From Candidatus Latescibacterota bacterium (lineage in GTDB: Bacteria > Latescibacterota > UBA2968 > UBA8231), in the NCBI GenBank assembly GCA_965203355.1, contig OZ241889.1:2176001-2240000 (forward strand): a stretch of DNA of 64,000 nt, given 5' to 3'. The notes under the pieces were generated by a model. It saw only the letters and a list, made by a program, of their open reading frames with translations. It had not been told where the DNA came from and searched no databases. Below are positions 1 through 10,208 of this stretch, one piece after another. Position numbers and translations under genes: made by a program. The stretch's first letter is position 1. Every line of letters starts with the position of its first letter.

Positions 1-2
1 TG

Positions 3-197
3 GGCGGAGCCGGGCTGGACGTGTTTCCGCAAGAGCCGCTGCCGCACGACGATCCCATCCTCGATTGCGAGCAGGTGGTGCTAACGCCTCATGCCGCGGA
101 TCAGACGCCCGAGGGCGTGGATTTGCTGAACGAGGGCGCGGTGGATAATGTGATTGCATTTTTAGCGGGACGGCCGCGGCATAATGTGGCGGTGTGA
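3..197 (+). CDS. D-2-hydroxyacid dehydrogenase family protein, C-terminal part (cut by window edge)
   Basis: Manual translation GGAGLDVFPQEPLPHDDPILDCEQVVLTPHAADQT...* with the LDVF-xEP and LTPH motifs. Confidence 0.85.
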   Translation, partial: GGAGLDVFPQEPLPHDDPILDCEQVVLTPHAADQTPEGVDLLNEGAVDNVIAFLAGRPRHNVAV

Positions 198-230
198 CCA
201 AGGTGGATAAGGAGCGTTTGAGAAAAGGCT

Positions 231-941
231 ATGGACAGCGCAAAACAGCTTGAAAAAGAAAAAGAGAAGTTTGTCGCGGCGATAGGGCACGAGCCGTCTT
301 TGGCAACGGTGGATGATAAGGGGCAGACGGACCTACACCACGCAGCGGCCCTGTACTTGCCCGGCTTGGCTGGCTCCTTACTGGACCGCGGGGCCGATGT
401 CAACGCCGGGGATAAAGAAAAAATGACGCCGCTGCATAGTGCAGCCATGCGGAACGAGACTGAGGTGTCGCGGCTTTTGCTAGAGCACGGCGCGGATGTC
501 AACGCCAAAGATAAAGACGGCCTGATCCCGCTGCATATTGCGGTGGCGCGGGATAAGGTGGCGGCGGCGGAGTTTTTGCTCGACAACGGCGCGGATATCA
601 ACGCCAAGAACTACTACCACGGCCTGACGCCGCTGCATATTGCGACGATGCGGAACAAGGTGGCGGCGGCGGAGTTTTTGCTCGACAACGGCGCGGATAT
701 CAACGCCAAGAACTACCACGACAGCCTGACGCCGCTGCATATTGCGACGATGCGAAATATTTTTCGCGTCGCCGAGCTTTTGTTGGATCGCGGCGCGGAT
801 GTCAACGCCAAGACGCGCGATGGCTGGACGCCGTTGTTTCTTGCCATACACAAAAAAGACATGGTCAGTACGTTGCTCCGTTTCTTTGGGTTCGAGACGA
901 AGATGGTGCGTTTGTTGCGCCATTATGGGGGGCGGACGTGA
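231..941 (+). CDS. Ankyrin-repeat protein
   Basis: Repeated TPLH-A...LLDNGADINAK units; two repeats near-identical at DNA level. Confidence 0.95.
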   Translation: MDSAKQLEKEKEKFVAAIGHEPSLATVDDKGQTDLHHAAALYLPGLAGSLLDRGADVNAGDKEKMTPLHSAAMRNETEVSRLLLEHGADVNAKDKDGLIPLHIAVARDKVAAAEFLLDNGADINAKNYYHGLTPLHIATMRNKVAAAEFLLDNGADINAKNYHDSLTPLHIATMRNIFRVAELLLDRGADVNAKTRDGWTPLFLAIHKKDMVSTLLRFFGFETKMVRLLRHYGGRT

Positions 942-967
942 AGGTTGGCGGGTTCGGAGATAGGACG

Positions 968-2539
968 ATGCGTTTTTTTAATACGGCGGGGCCGATCAAG
1001 CCGGCAAGACACTACTGCATTCCACCGTTGGATCGGATCAACCTCGCCGAGGTGCGTGCGCTCATTCGCGACGAGAAGTATTTCGTTTTGCACGCGCCGC
1101 GGCAGACTGGCAAGACCTCGACGTTGCTGGCCCTGCGCGACCTGCTCAATCGAGAGGGGGTCTATCGTTGCGTGTACGTCAACATTGAAGCGGCCCAAGC
1201 CCTGCGCGAAGATGTAGAACGGGCGATGCCCATCGTGCTGGGTGGGTTGGCGTCTCGGGCGCGTTTGATGGGCGACGAGTTTTTGGATGCGATCTGGCCC
1301 GATCTTTTGGCGAAATACGGTTCGGGTGCGCTGGGCGAGGCGTTGACGCGCTGGGCGGCCGCCGATCCCATGCCGCTGGTGCTGCTGATCGACGAGATCG
1401 ACTCGCTGGTCGGCGACACTCTCGTATCCGTGCTGCGGCAGTTGCGGGCGGGCTACGATTTGCGGCCGGCGGGATTTCCGCAGAGCGTGGTATTGTGCGG
1501 GGTGCGCGATGTGCGCGACTATCGAATTCAGTCGACGGCAGAAAACGCCATCATCACCGGCGGCAGCGCATTCAACATCAAGGCTGAATCGCTGCGACTC
1601 GGCACGTTCAGCTTAGCGGAAGTGCAAACGCTGTTGGCGCAGCACACCGAAGAGACCGGGCAGGTGTTCACCGACGACGCGCAGTACGCGCTCTGGGAAT
1701 TGACCCAAGGGCAGCCGTGGCTGGTCAACGCCTTGGCGTATGAAGCCTGCTTTAAGAGTGCGGCCGGGCGAGACCGCAGTCGTCCCATTAGCGCGGCGGC
1801 GATTGGCGCGGCGTGCGAGCAACTCATCGCACGGCGCGAGACGCACTTGGATCAGTTGACTGATAAGCTCAAGGAGGAGCGGGTGCGGCGGGTGGTTGAG
1901 CCGCTGCTGAGTGGGGGACCACAACGCTACTTTGCCGACCGCGACTTGGAGTATGTGCGCGATCTGGGGCTGGTGGCTCAGGATCGTCCGCTGCGTATGG
2001 CCAATCCGATCTACGCCGAGGTGGTACCACGCGAACTGACGTGGGTGGTGCAAGAGGAGTTTGAGCAAGAGACCGCGTGGTATGTGGATGCCGATGGCGG
2101 CTTAGACGTGGGCCAATTGCTGTCGGCGTTTCAAGCGTTCTTCCGCGAGCATTCGGAGCACTGGGTGGAGCGGTTCCAGTACAAGGAAGCCGGGCCGCAA
2201 CTGCTGCTTCAGGCGTTTTTGCAGCGGATCGTCAACAGCGGCGGTCGGATCGAGCGCGAATACGGCTTGGGTCGGATGCGGACGGATTTGCTGCTGGTGT
2301 GGCCGCAGGGGGGGCAGACGCGCAAGGTGGTGATCGAGTGTAAGGTGTTGCACAAGAGTTTGGAGCAGACGATGGCTGAGGGATTGGAGCAGACCGCGGC
2401 CTACATGGATCGCTGTGCGGCCGAGTCCGGGCATCTGGTGATTTTCGACCGGCGAGCCGGGCGGCGGTGGGACGATAAAGTGTTTCGCTGCCGTCGGGCG
2501 GCGGCTAGTGGGGTGGCGATTGAGGTGTGGGGGATGTGA
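968..2539 (+). CDS. AAA-like ATPase with C-terminal PD-(D/E)XK-like domain
   Basis: N-terminal FFNTAGP, Walker A HAPRQTGKT, Walker B LLIDEID, C-terminal RTDLL...VIECK; ATG 968 chosen. Confidence 0.85.
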   Translation: MRFFNTAGPIKPARHYCIPPLDRINLAEVRALIRDEKYFVLHAPRQTGKTSTLLALRDLLNREGVYRCVYVNIEAAQALREDVERAMPIVLGGLASRARLMGDEFLDAIWPDLLAKYGSGALGEALTRWAAADPMPLVLLIDEIDSLVGDTLVSVLRQLRAGYDLRPAGFPQSVVLCGVRDVRDYRIQSTAENAIITGGSAFNIKAESLRLGTFSLAEVQTLLAQHTEETGQVFTDDAQYALWELTQGQPWLVNALAYEACFKSAAGRDRSRPISAAAIGAACEQLIARRETHLDQLTDKLKEERVRRVVEPLLSGGPQRYFADRDLEYVRDLGLVAQDRPLRMANPIYAEVVPRELTWVVQEEFEQETAWYVDADGGLDVGQLLSAFQAFFREHSEHWVERFQYKEAGPQLLLQAFLQRIVNSGGRIEREYGLGRMRTDLLLVWPQGGQTRKVVIECKVLHKSLEQTMAEGLEQTAAYMDRCAAESGHLVIFDRRAGRRWDDKVFRCRRAAASGVAIEVWGM

Positions 2540-2578
2540 TACTGTGAATGAGTTGATTTTGAACCAACCGGAGATATT

Positions 2579-4642
2579 ATGAGCGCAGCGCAACAACCTC
2601 TCAACGCCTTGCCGCAAGGCCATCGGTTGCAAGAATACGAACTGGTTCGCGTTTTGGGCTTTGGTGGCTTTGGTATGACCTATCTGGGCTTTGACCACAA
2701 CTTGGACAAAGCCGTCGCCATCAAGGAGTACCTACCTTCCGACATCGCCACCCGCATCGCGGACCACAGCGTCGCTCCGCAAGCCAGCGAATTTCGCGGC
2801 GACTTCCAGTGGGGGTTAGAGCGGTTCTTGGACGAGGCGCGTACTTTGGCCCGCTTTGATCATCGCCACATCATTAAGGTGTATCGTTTCTTTGAGGCGC
2901 ATGGCACGGCGTATATCGTGATGGAATATGCCGAAGGCGAGACCTTGTCGGCGCATCTGACGCGCAAAGGGACGCTGACGGAAGACGAACTCAAAGGGAT
3001 TCTGTATCCGCTTTTGGACGGTTTGGCGGTCGTGCATGGCGCGGATTTTCTGCATCGGGACATCAAGCCGGGCAACATTATCCTGCGGGATGCGGATGGC
3101 TCGCCGGTGCTGTTGGATTTTGGCGCGGCGCGTCAGGCGATCGGGGCCAAGAGTCGTTCGGTTACGTCTATCGTGACGCCGGGGTATGCGCCGCTTGAGC
3201 AGTATTCGAGTCGGGGTCGTCAGGGTGCTTGGACGGACATTTATGCGTTGGGTGGGGTGTGCTATCGGGCGTTGACCGGGGATGTGCCGGCGGATGCGAC
3301 GGATCGGGTGCGTCGTGATCCGCTGGTTCCGGTTTCGCAGCGGTGTGCGGGGCAAGCTAGCCAAGCGTTTCTTTCGGCGATTGATGAGGCGTTGTCGGTG
3401 GATGAGGAGGATCGTCCGCAGAATGTTGCGGCGTGGCGGACAGCGTTGGAGGCTTCGGTTCCCGTGCAAGAGGAGCGTCGTAGGGAGCAAACGGCTCCGT
3501 TAGTAGATACTGAGGCGGTAGCCGCGCAGGATACGGCAGAGAGTGCGCCTATCGTGAGGGATAGCAAGGAAAGTGCGCCGGACTCAAAGTCGCCGGATCG
3601 GTCGCCGTACAAACGGCTTGTCATAGCCTTGAGTGTGGTGGCGGTCGGTTTTATTGGGTTCATAGTTGACGAACAGTACGAGCAGCAGATAGTTGTCGAA
3701 CAGTACGAGCAGCAGGCGGCGTTAGAAAAGCAGCGCCGGGAGCAAGCGGCAGAGAAGCAGCGTCGGGAGCAGGCGGCACTAGAGAAACAGCGTCGGGAGC
3801 AAGCGGCGTTGGACAAGCAGCGTCGGGAGCAGGCGGCACTAGAGAAACAGCGTCGGGAGCAAGCGGCGTTGGACAAGCAGCGTCGGGAGCAGGCGGCAGA
3901 GAAGCAGCGTCGGGAGCAGGCGGCACTGGATAAGCAGCGTCGAGAGCAGGCGGCGTTGGATAAGCAGCGTCGAGAGCAGGCGGCACTGGATAAGCAGCGT
4001 CGCGAACAAGCGGCACTGGAAAAGCAGCGACGAGAGCAGGGAGCGTCGGTCAACGCGAAGGACAACGATGGCAGAACGCCGCTGCACCGTGCGGTGTTGA
4101 AATCAGCGGCGGTAGCGGTTTTGCTGAATCAGGGAGCGTCAGTCAACGCGAAGGACAACGATGGCAGAACGCCGTTGCACTGGGCGTCGAGTGAGAATGC
4201 TTCAGAGTCGGTGGCGGTTTTGCTGAATCAGGGAGCGTCAGTCGACGCGAAGGACAACTATGGCCGGACGCCGCTGCACTGGGCGGCGTTGGAGAATGCT
4301 TCAGCGGCGGTAGCGGTTTTGCTGAATCAGGGAGCGTCAGTCAACGCGAAGGACAAAGGTGGCGAAACGCCGCTGCACTGGGCGTCAAGTGAGAATGCTT
4401 TGAGGGCGGTAGCGGTTTTGCTGAATCAGGGAGCGTCAGTCAACGCGAAGGACAATGATGGCTTGACGCCGCTGCACTGTGCGTCGGAGATGAATGCTTC
4501 AGAGACGATAGTGTTGTTGCTGAATCAGGGAGCGTCGGTCAACGAGAAGAGCAACTATGGCCGGACGCCTCTATACGTTGCGTTGAGGGCGAATGCTTCA
4601 GATGCGGCGGCGGTGTTGCGCCGTTATGGTGGTACAAAATAA
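2579..4642 (+). CDS. Hanks-type Ser/Thr kinase - TM - coiled-coil stalk - ankyrin repeats
   Basis: GFGGFG, VAIKE, HRDIKPGN, DFG, TPGYAPLE; TM LVIALSVVAVGFIGFIV; EQAALxKQRR repeats; about 6 ankyrin repeats. Confidence 0.95.
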   Translation: MSAAQQPLNALPQGHRLQEYELVRVLGFGGFGMTYLGFDHNLDKAVAIKEYLPSDIATRIADHSVAPQASEFRGDFQWGLERFLDEARTLARFDHRHIIKVYRFFEAHGTAYIVMEYAEGETLSAHLTRKGTLTEDELKGILYPLLDGLAVVHGADFLHRDIKPGNIILRDADGSPVLLDFGAARQAIGAKSRSVTSIVTPGYAPLEQYSSRGRQGAWTDIYALGGVCYRALTGDVPADATDRVRRDPLVPVSQRCAGQASQAFLSAIDEALSVDEEDRPQNVAAWRTALEASVPVQEERRREQTAPLVDTEAVAAQDTAESAPIVRDSKESAPDSKSPDRSPYKRLVIALSVVAVGFIGFIVDEQYEQQIVVEQYEQQAALEKQRREQAAEKQRREQAALEKQRREQAALDKQRREQAALEKQRREQAALDKQRREQAAEKQRREQAALDKQRREQAALDKQRREQAALDKQRREQAALEKQRREQGASVNAKDNDGRTPLHRAVLKSAAVAVLLNQGASVNAKDNDGRTPLHWASSENASESVAVLLNQGASVDAKDNYGRTPLHWAALENASAAVAVLLNQGASVNAKDKGGETPLHWASSENALRAVAVLLNQGASVNAKDNDGLTPLHCASEMNASETIVLLLNQGASVNEKSNYGRTPLYVALRANASDAAAVLRRYGGTK
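3709..4040 (+). repeat. Intragenic tandem repeat, 11 units of 27-30 bp (EQAA[L][E/D]KQRR)
   Basis: Read directly in DNA and protein. Confidence 0.9.
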
Positions 4643-4670
4643 ACCAATCCTTGAAATGACCGAAGAGACC

Positions 4671-6242
4671 ATGAACGACGAACAGCATCGCTTGGCGTTG
4701 CCGCAAGGGACGCGCATACGGGATTTTGAGTTTCATCGGGTCCTTGGCCACGGCGGTTTTGGCATCACCTATCTGGGCTGGAACGTCACGTTGGATATCC
4801 CGGTGGCGATCAAGGAGTATCTGCCGGCCGACTTGGCGACCCGGGAACAAGACCTGTCGGTTGTGCCTCAGACCTCGCAGGCGGCGGCGGACTTTCAATG
4901 GGGTTTGGATCGGTTCTTGGACGAGGCGCGTACTTTGGCGCGCTTTCAGCATCCTAGTATCGTCCGGGTGCATCACTTTTTTGCCGCGCATAGCACGGCT
5001 TACATTGTAATGGACTATGTGGAGGGGGAGGACTTGTCGGCGTATCTGACGCGCAAGGGGACGCTGAGCGAAGCCGAACTCAAGGCGATTCTGTATCCCC
5101 TGTTGAGTGCTTTAGAAGTGGTGCATGGCGCGGATTTTCTGCATCGTGACATCAAGCCGGGCAACATCGTCCTGCGGGATGGGGATGGCTCGCCGGTGTT
5201 GCTGGATTTTGGCGCGGCGCGTCAGGCGATCGGGGCGAAGAGTCGTTCGGTTACGTCTATCGTGACGCCGGGGTATGCGCCGCTTGAGCAGTATTCGAGC
5301 CGGGGGCATCAAGGGCCTTGGACGGACATTTATGCGTTGGGCGGGGTGTGTTATCGGGCGTTGACCGGAGACGTGCCGGACGATCCGATGGATAGGATAC
5401 GCGACGATCCGCTGGTTCCGGTCTCTCAGCGGTGTGCGGGTCGTGCGAGTGCTGGGTTTTTGTCGGCGATTGATGAAGCGTTGTCGGTGGATGAGAGAGA
5501 TCGTCCGCAGAGTGTTGCGGCGTGGCGGACAGCGTTGGAGGCTTCGGTTCCAGTGCAAGAGGATCGTCGTAGGGAGCAAACTGCTCCGTTAGTAGATACT
5601 GAGGCGGTAGCGCCGCAGAATACGGCAGAGAGTGCGCCTATCGTGAGGGGCATTCTCGATGCACTGGTTACGCAGGTGGACGGCGACCCGCAGAATACGG
5701 CAGAGAGTGCGCCTATCGTGAGAGATAGCAAGCAGAGTACGCCGGACCAAAATCAGAGCACTAGACCGCACAAAATTACTTCCGCAATCAAACTGCTCTA
5801 TATCGCACTTGGGATTAGACTTTTTGAGGCCATTATCATTATGTCCAAATCAGTGGGGAGTAATGTTCCCGTCGGTGAAAGTATACTCCTAGCATTCCCA
5901 GCATTCATAGGATCAATAGTATGGGGTCCGTTTCAAGGACTAAGAATGGGGCCGTTTCAGTATGTACCCGGCGTATTAATAGGAGTAATAGGAGGGGGGC
6001 TGTTGCAGAGGCTCTTCATCCTCAAGATCGGAGAAGGCCGCAATTGGGCACGTATCACTTTTTTGGTATTGTCCATCATACGCATACCTATCTTTTTATT
6101 GATTCTAATATCACGTGATGTTGATATAAATGCTATGTCGGAATTGCTTGGCATCGTACAAAGCATCATAGAGATAGTTGCTATAGTCTTTCTCTGTCAG
6201 AAACCATCTTCTGACTGGTTCAGGGAAATGAAAGCGAACTAG
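4671..6242 (+). CDS. Ser/Thr kinase with C-terminal multi-TM domain
   Basis: Complete kinase motifs; hydrophobic, AT-richer C-terminus containing GRNWARI motif. Confidence 0.93.
   Translation: MNDEQHRLALPQGTRIRDFEFHRVLGHGGFGITYLGWNVTLDIPVAIKEYLPADLATREQDLSVVPQTSQAAADFQWGLDRFLDEARTLARFQHPSIVRVHHFFAAHSTAYIVMDYVEGEDLSAYLTRKGTLSEAELKAILYPLLSALEVVHGADFLHRDIKPGNIVLRDGDGSPVLLDFGAARQAIGAKSRSVTSIVTPGYAPLEQYSSRGHQGPWTDIYALGGVCYRALTGDVPDDPMDRIRDDPLVPVSQRCAGRASAGFLSAIDEALSVDERDRPQSVAAWRTALEASVPVQEDRRREQTAPLVDTEAVAPQNTAESAPIVRGILDALVTQVDGDPQNTAESAPIVRDSKQSTPDQNQSTRPHKITSAIKLLYIALGIRLFEAIIIMSKSVGSNVPVGESILLAFPAFIGSIVWGPFQGLRMGPFQYVPGVLIGVIGGGLLQRLFILKIGEGRNWARITFLVLSIIRIPIFLLILISRDVDINAMSELLGIVQSIIEIVAIVFLCQKPSSDWFREMKAN
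5613..5722 (+). repeat. 35-bp direct repeat (5613-5647 / 5688-5722) in the kinase linker
   Basis: CCGCAGAATACGGCAGAGAGTGCGCCTATCGTGAG twice, offset 75 bp (PQNTAESAPIVR x2). Confidence 0.85.
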
Positions 6243-6323
6243 TAACTCGTCGCCAAGAAATGGGGTTTGGGTTCCTATTTTTGTTTTTTCTTCTGATTTT
6301 TAGCTGCTGACAACGGAGAGGTT

Positions 6324-7961
6324 ATGAACAAACAATACCTATCTTTCATCGTGCATTTCGCAATAGCTTGGTTCCTTTGCATAAGCCCCGTCTCGGCGCA
6401 AATAAGTGTCGATGTTGTTTCTGAAAGCATCGTGCGGGTTCGCGCTTATGACGATCACAAAATCGCGGTTGAAGGGAGCGGGTTTGTCGTCAACGAAGCG
6501 GGCTACGTGCTGACGAATGCCCATCTTATAGCCAAGGCCGAGGGATTGACCGTGTTCTCTCTGAATACCGGGGCCGAACTCGTGGCGCAGCGGGTGTTCA
6601 CTAGCCGCGACATGAACTTGGCCCTGCTGCGCGTACAGGGCTTGAATTTGCCGTCCCTCAGTTTATCTGAGCAAGGGGCCGATGTAGGCCGGGTCGTGCA
6701 GACGCTGCGGTTTGAAGGTCCGAAGGATGTGCGGCTTACTCGCGGAACGATTGGCACATACCAAGCTGTCTTTGGCAAGAAAGCTAGCCGTCCTGTGGCA
6801 CGTTTGCTCCAACACAATGCCTTGATAACGGCCCAAGACTTTGGCATGCCCTTGTTCAATGAGTGTGGGGATGTCGTCGCCATCAATCTGCCAGATGCGA
6901 ATAGCGGCTCGTGGCCGTTTCGGAAAGCTAAGCCCAAAGGTACCATTTTTGCGCTGCGGAGCGGTGACATAATAACTGTGCTCAAAGAGCGAGAGATCGC
7001 ACATACAGTGGTTGAAGCAGAATGCCTGAGTGCTGTTGAACGTGCTGAACGCGATAGAAAAGCCGCCGCCGATAGCCTCAAGGTGGTTCAGGCTAAAGCC
7101 GACTCGGCAAGTAAAGCCGCAGAACAGGCTCAGGCTAAAGCCGACTCGGTAAGCAAAGCCGCAGAAAAGGCGCAGGCCAAAGAGAAGATCAATCGGCGCG
7201 CCGCAGAACAGGCGAGAGCGCGGTCTGATTCGGCCAGTAAGGCAGTCGCCGACAGTCTCAAGATGGCACAAGCCAAAGCCGACAGTCTCAAGGTGGCGAA
7301 AGCGCAGGCCGATTCCGCAAAGAAAGCAGTGGCCGACAGCCTCAAGATGGCACAAGCCAAGGCCGACAGTCTGAAGATGGCGAAAGCGCAGGCCGATTCG
7401 GCCAGTAAGGCGGTCGCCGACAGCCTCAAAACTATGGAAGAGAAGGCCGCGCAACGGTTGAAGTGGGGCCTTCTCGCCGGGGCGGGACTAGTTTTGCTCG
7501 CACTCCTCGGTTGGTGGCTTTCCTCGCGGCGCAAAAAGGAGCAATTACAGAGTGCCGAATCCCGCGTGAGCGAAGCCGAACAAACGGCCGAAGTAGCGCG
7601 TCAAGCCGCGGCGAACGCACCACAACCCGCGCCTTTTAGATGTCTATTGGAAGGTCGAGACAGCACCGACCGGCCCTTCGCATTGACCGTATCGGCATTG
7701 GCATTGGGTGATCGGGCTGGTGTGACGCTCGGAAGAAGCCCGGCCAATGCCGAATTTATCATTGACCACGAAGAAGTCTCCCGTGAACACGTCCGGCTTA
7801 CGTGCGTTGACGGCGAACTCTACGCAGAGGATTTGGATGCTCTAAATGGCACCAAGGTTAATGGTCGTCTGCTCAATCCCCGCGAACAGGTGCTATTGCA
7901 AAACAATGATCGGCTGGAGATCGGGCCGGTTGTTTTTGTCGTGCGTTTAGTTCAGGAGTGA
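6324..7961 (+). CDS. Signal peptide - degenerate trypsin-like domain - ADS repeat stalk - TM - FHA domain
   Basis: GSGFVV, LTNAH; the GNSGG position reads QDFGM; ADSLKMAQAK repeats; TM; FHA motifs LGR, VSREH, NGT. Confidence 0.85.
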   Translation: MNKQYLSFIVHFAIAWFLCISPVSAQISVDVVSESIVRVRAYDDHKIAVEGSGFVVNEAGYVLTNAHLIAKAEGLTVFSLNTGAELVAQRVFTSRDMNLALLRVQGLNLPSLSLSEQGADVGRVVQTLRFEGPKDVRLTRGTIGTYQAVFGKKASRPVARLLQHNALITAQDFGMPLFNECGDVVAINLPDANSGSWPFRKAKPKGTIFALRSGDIITVLKEREIAHTVVEAECLSAVERAERDRKAAADSLKVVQAKADSASKAAEQAQAKADSVSKAAEKAQAKEKINRRAAEQARARSDSASKAVADSLKMAQAKADSLKVAKAQADSAKKAVADSLKMAQAKADSLKMAKAQADSASKAVADSLKTMEEKAAQRLKWGLLAGAGLVLLALLGWWLSSRRKKEQLQSAESRVSEAEQTAEVARQAAANAPQPAPFRCLLEGRDSTDRPFALTVSALALGDRAGVTLGRSPANAEFIIDHEEVSREHVRLTCVDGELYAEDLDALNGTKVNGRLLNPREQVLLQNNDRLEIGPVVFVVRLVQE

Positions 7962-7964
7962 ACA

Positions 7965-9305
7965 TTGCATCGCTCCAGACGCTGGCGTCTCGTCTTTTTT
8001 TTGTGCGTACTTCTGCTGCCGTGTCGCGCTGTTGCCGCACCAGACTTTGCCGCGCTTGAAAAGAGTGTGGTACGCATTATAAGGCAGACCGACCAAGGGC
8101 TTGGTGCTGGTACTGGATTTGCCATAAATGATCAAGGCTATATTGCGACCAATATCCACGTCATAGCCGACGCCAACTCGATCAAAGTCATTCCAACAAA
8201 CTCCAACGAGCTATACGATGTGGAAGTAGTCGCCATGTCCGAGGAGCTCGACCTCGCAATCGTCTATATCCCAGATATAACCTTGCCGCCGATCACGCTT
8301 TCACTCGCACCAGCCACAAAAGGGCAGAAGGTGTGGTCCATAGGCTATCCCGGTGGTGCGGACCGGAACAGACCGGCTTACGATCCGACCGTGCAAGACG
8401 GCGTCATTGGGAGGATTTTTGCCGGAGCATGGCATACGCAAGAGCTCGCGATTATTCAGCACAATGCGCCGACTAACCCGGGCAACAGCGGCGGTCCTTT
8501 ACTAGATGATTGTAACCGGGCAATCGGCGTTAATACGCAGGCGTCTCTCGTCGTCATTACCAGTCCAGCTAGCGGGGTGACGCGGGTGCCCCACGCAGCG
8601 GGCATTTACTGGTCTTCGCATATAAAGGAATTGGCGAACCTATTAGACGACTACGGCATTGCTTTTCAATCGGAGAGCGACGATTGTGTGGCGGCGAGCG
8701 GTACGGGGAGTTCTGGCGGGGCAAAAAAGGCCCAGCGCGAAGCGGAGAAAGCACGACGCGAGGCCGAACAAGCGCGAGTGCAAGCAGAAGAAGCAAGCGA
8801 TCGATTTTTCTTCTGGCTTCTGTTGTTGGGCAGTGTGGCCTTGGCGGCCTTGGTTGTTGCCTTAAAGAAGCCGCGCCAGTTCGCTCAGCAGACCTTGGAA
8901 AAGCCACGCCAGCTCGTCCAACAGATGAGTCGGCGCGTAACCCAAAAAGAAGAGATAGAAGCCATTGCAAAAGGCCCAAGTCGCGGCCTCGTGCTGGCCG
9001 GTTTTGACGGTGGCGGCAATCGCGTCTGCATTGAGTTGTCGCCCGCCCGGTTTGTCGGTCAGCGATTAGGGCTTTCGCTCGGCAGGCATCCCGATTTGGT
9101 GGATGAAATCGTCGCGGATAAAAATGTATCCCGCCGGCATCTGCGGATTGCAGCCGATGGGGATCAATTTTACGTCGAAGATTTGAATTCCAGCAATGGG
9201 ACGTTGCTGAATGAGCAGCGTTTGTCGCCCTTTAAGCCAATGAGGTTGGACTATGGGGCCAAAGTCGCGCTGGGCGATTTGGTGCTCGTGGCGTCCAAAC
9301 TTTAG
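7965..9305 (+). CDS. Signal peptide - trypsin-like serine protease - TM - FHA domain
   Basis: GTGF, TNIH, DLA, PGNSGGPL triad; TM FFFWLLLLGSVALAALVVAL; FHA motifs LGR, VSRRH, SSNGT. Confidence 0.9.
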   Translation: MHRSRRWRLVFFLCVLLLPCRAVAAPDFAALEKSVVRIIRQTDQGLGAGTGFAINDQGYIATNIHVIADANSIKVIPTNSNELYDVEVVAMSEELDLAIVYIPDITLPPITLSLAPATKGQKVWSIGYPGGADRNRPAYDPTVQDGVIGRIFAGAWHTQELAIIQHNAPTNPGNSGGPLLDDCNRAIGVNTQASLVVITSPASGVTRVPHAAGIYWSSHIKELANLLDDYGIAFQSESDDCVAASGTGSSGGAKKAQREAEKARREAEQARVQAEEASDRFFFWLLLLGSVALAALVVALKKPRQFAQQTLEKPRQLVQQMSRRVTQKEEIEAIAKGPSRGLVLAGFDGGGNRVCIELSPARFVGQRLGLSLGRHPDLVDEIVADKNVSRRHLRIAADGDQFYVEDLNSSNGTLLNEQRLSPFKPMRLDYGAKVALGDLVLVASKL

Positions 9306-9319
9306 CTAGGGTATTGAGC

Positions 9320-10207
9320 ATGAAAAAACGCAGCCGAGAGGTCAGCATCTTTAGTATGTCTGCGCTTGATCTGTTCGCATCGGCTCTTGGTGCTTTTATA
9401 CTCATTACCATAGTACTACTGCCCTTTTTCCCGAATCTGAACATAGCGGAACGAGAGAAAGCTGAGTTGGAGCAGGCAAAGGCTCAGTTGGCGCAAGCGG
9501 AGGCCAAATTGGAGCGGGCCGAGGCCAAACTAGAACGGGAAAAGGCCAAATTGGAGCGGGAAAAAGCCAAGCTGGAGCAGGCAAAGGCCAAAGCGCCTAA
9601 AACAAAAAGTCAGCTTGTAAAACGGGTGGAGGCTTTGCAACGGGAGATAGACGACACCACTGTTTTGTTGGGCATTAAGACGAAGGCGAAGAAGTTCGCG
9701 TTCGTCATAGATATGTCGGGCAGTATTTATCAGCGTGGACAGCAAGATTATCGCCAGTTCATAACGTTGTCCATACAAGACATGCTCGCTGCTTTTAAGT
9801 CGGAAATAGCAGTCTGTCTCATTGGTTTTCAAGGCTCAAATCAGTTGCACTATTGGCCTCAAAGTAGAGGCTACTTTCAAGTGAAGAAGAATACGCGCGA
9901 TCGCGTTATGGGACAGGTGAGCGACTGGATGAAATCGGTGGGTGGCGGTACGCCCACACTCGCAGCCTTGCTGGCGGCGATTGCATTGCGCCCCGAAGAA
10001 ATCATCCTATTGAGTGATGGTGCGCCCTCAGAACCCTCAGAAGATTGGCGCATGGTCGTGCGGGCTGTAACGAATAAAAATAGGCAAAAAATACCCATAC
10101 ACGCCGTAGCCGTTGGCAATTACGTGTCAGACCGAAAATTCATTGATTTTCTAGTGGAGCTAACAGAACGGAACAATGGGTATGTCGTGGGAGCCAAGCC
10201 GGGTTGA
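9320..10207 (+). CDS. Membrane-anchored coiled-coil vWA-domain protein (ExbD/MotB-like TM)
   Basis: TM with Asp (SALDLFASALGAF); LEREKAK heptads; MIDAS DMSGS...GGT...LSDG. Confidence 0.85.
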   Translation: MKKRSREVSIFSMSALDLFASALGAFILITIVLLPFFPNLNIAEREKAELEQAKAQLAQAEAKLERAEAKLEREKAKLEREKAKLEQAKAKAPKTKSQLVKRVEALQREIDDTTVLLGIKTKAKKFAFVIDMSGSIYQRGQQDYRQFITLSIQDMLAAFKSEIAVCLIGFQGSNQLHYWPQSRGYFQVKKNTRDRVMGQVSDWMKSVGGGTPTLAALLAAIALRPEEIILLSDGAPSEPSEDWRMVVRAVTNKNRQKIPIHAVAVGNYVSDRKFIDFLVELTERNNGYVVGAKPG

Positions 10208-10208
10208 C

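Noticed and set aside
3709-4040. Short regular repeats resembling a CRISPR array
   Set aside because: No unique spacers; in-frame coding repeats; no cas genes in the window
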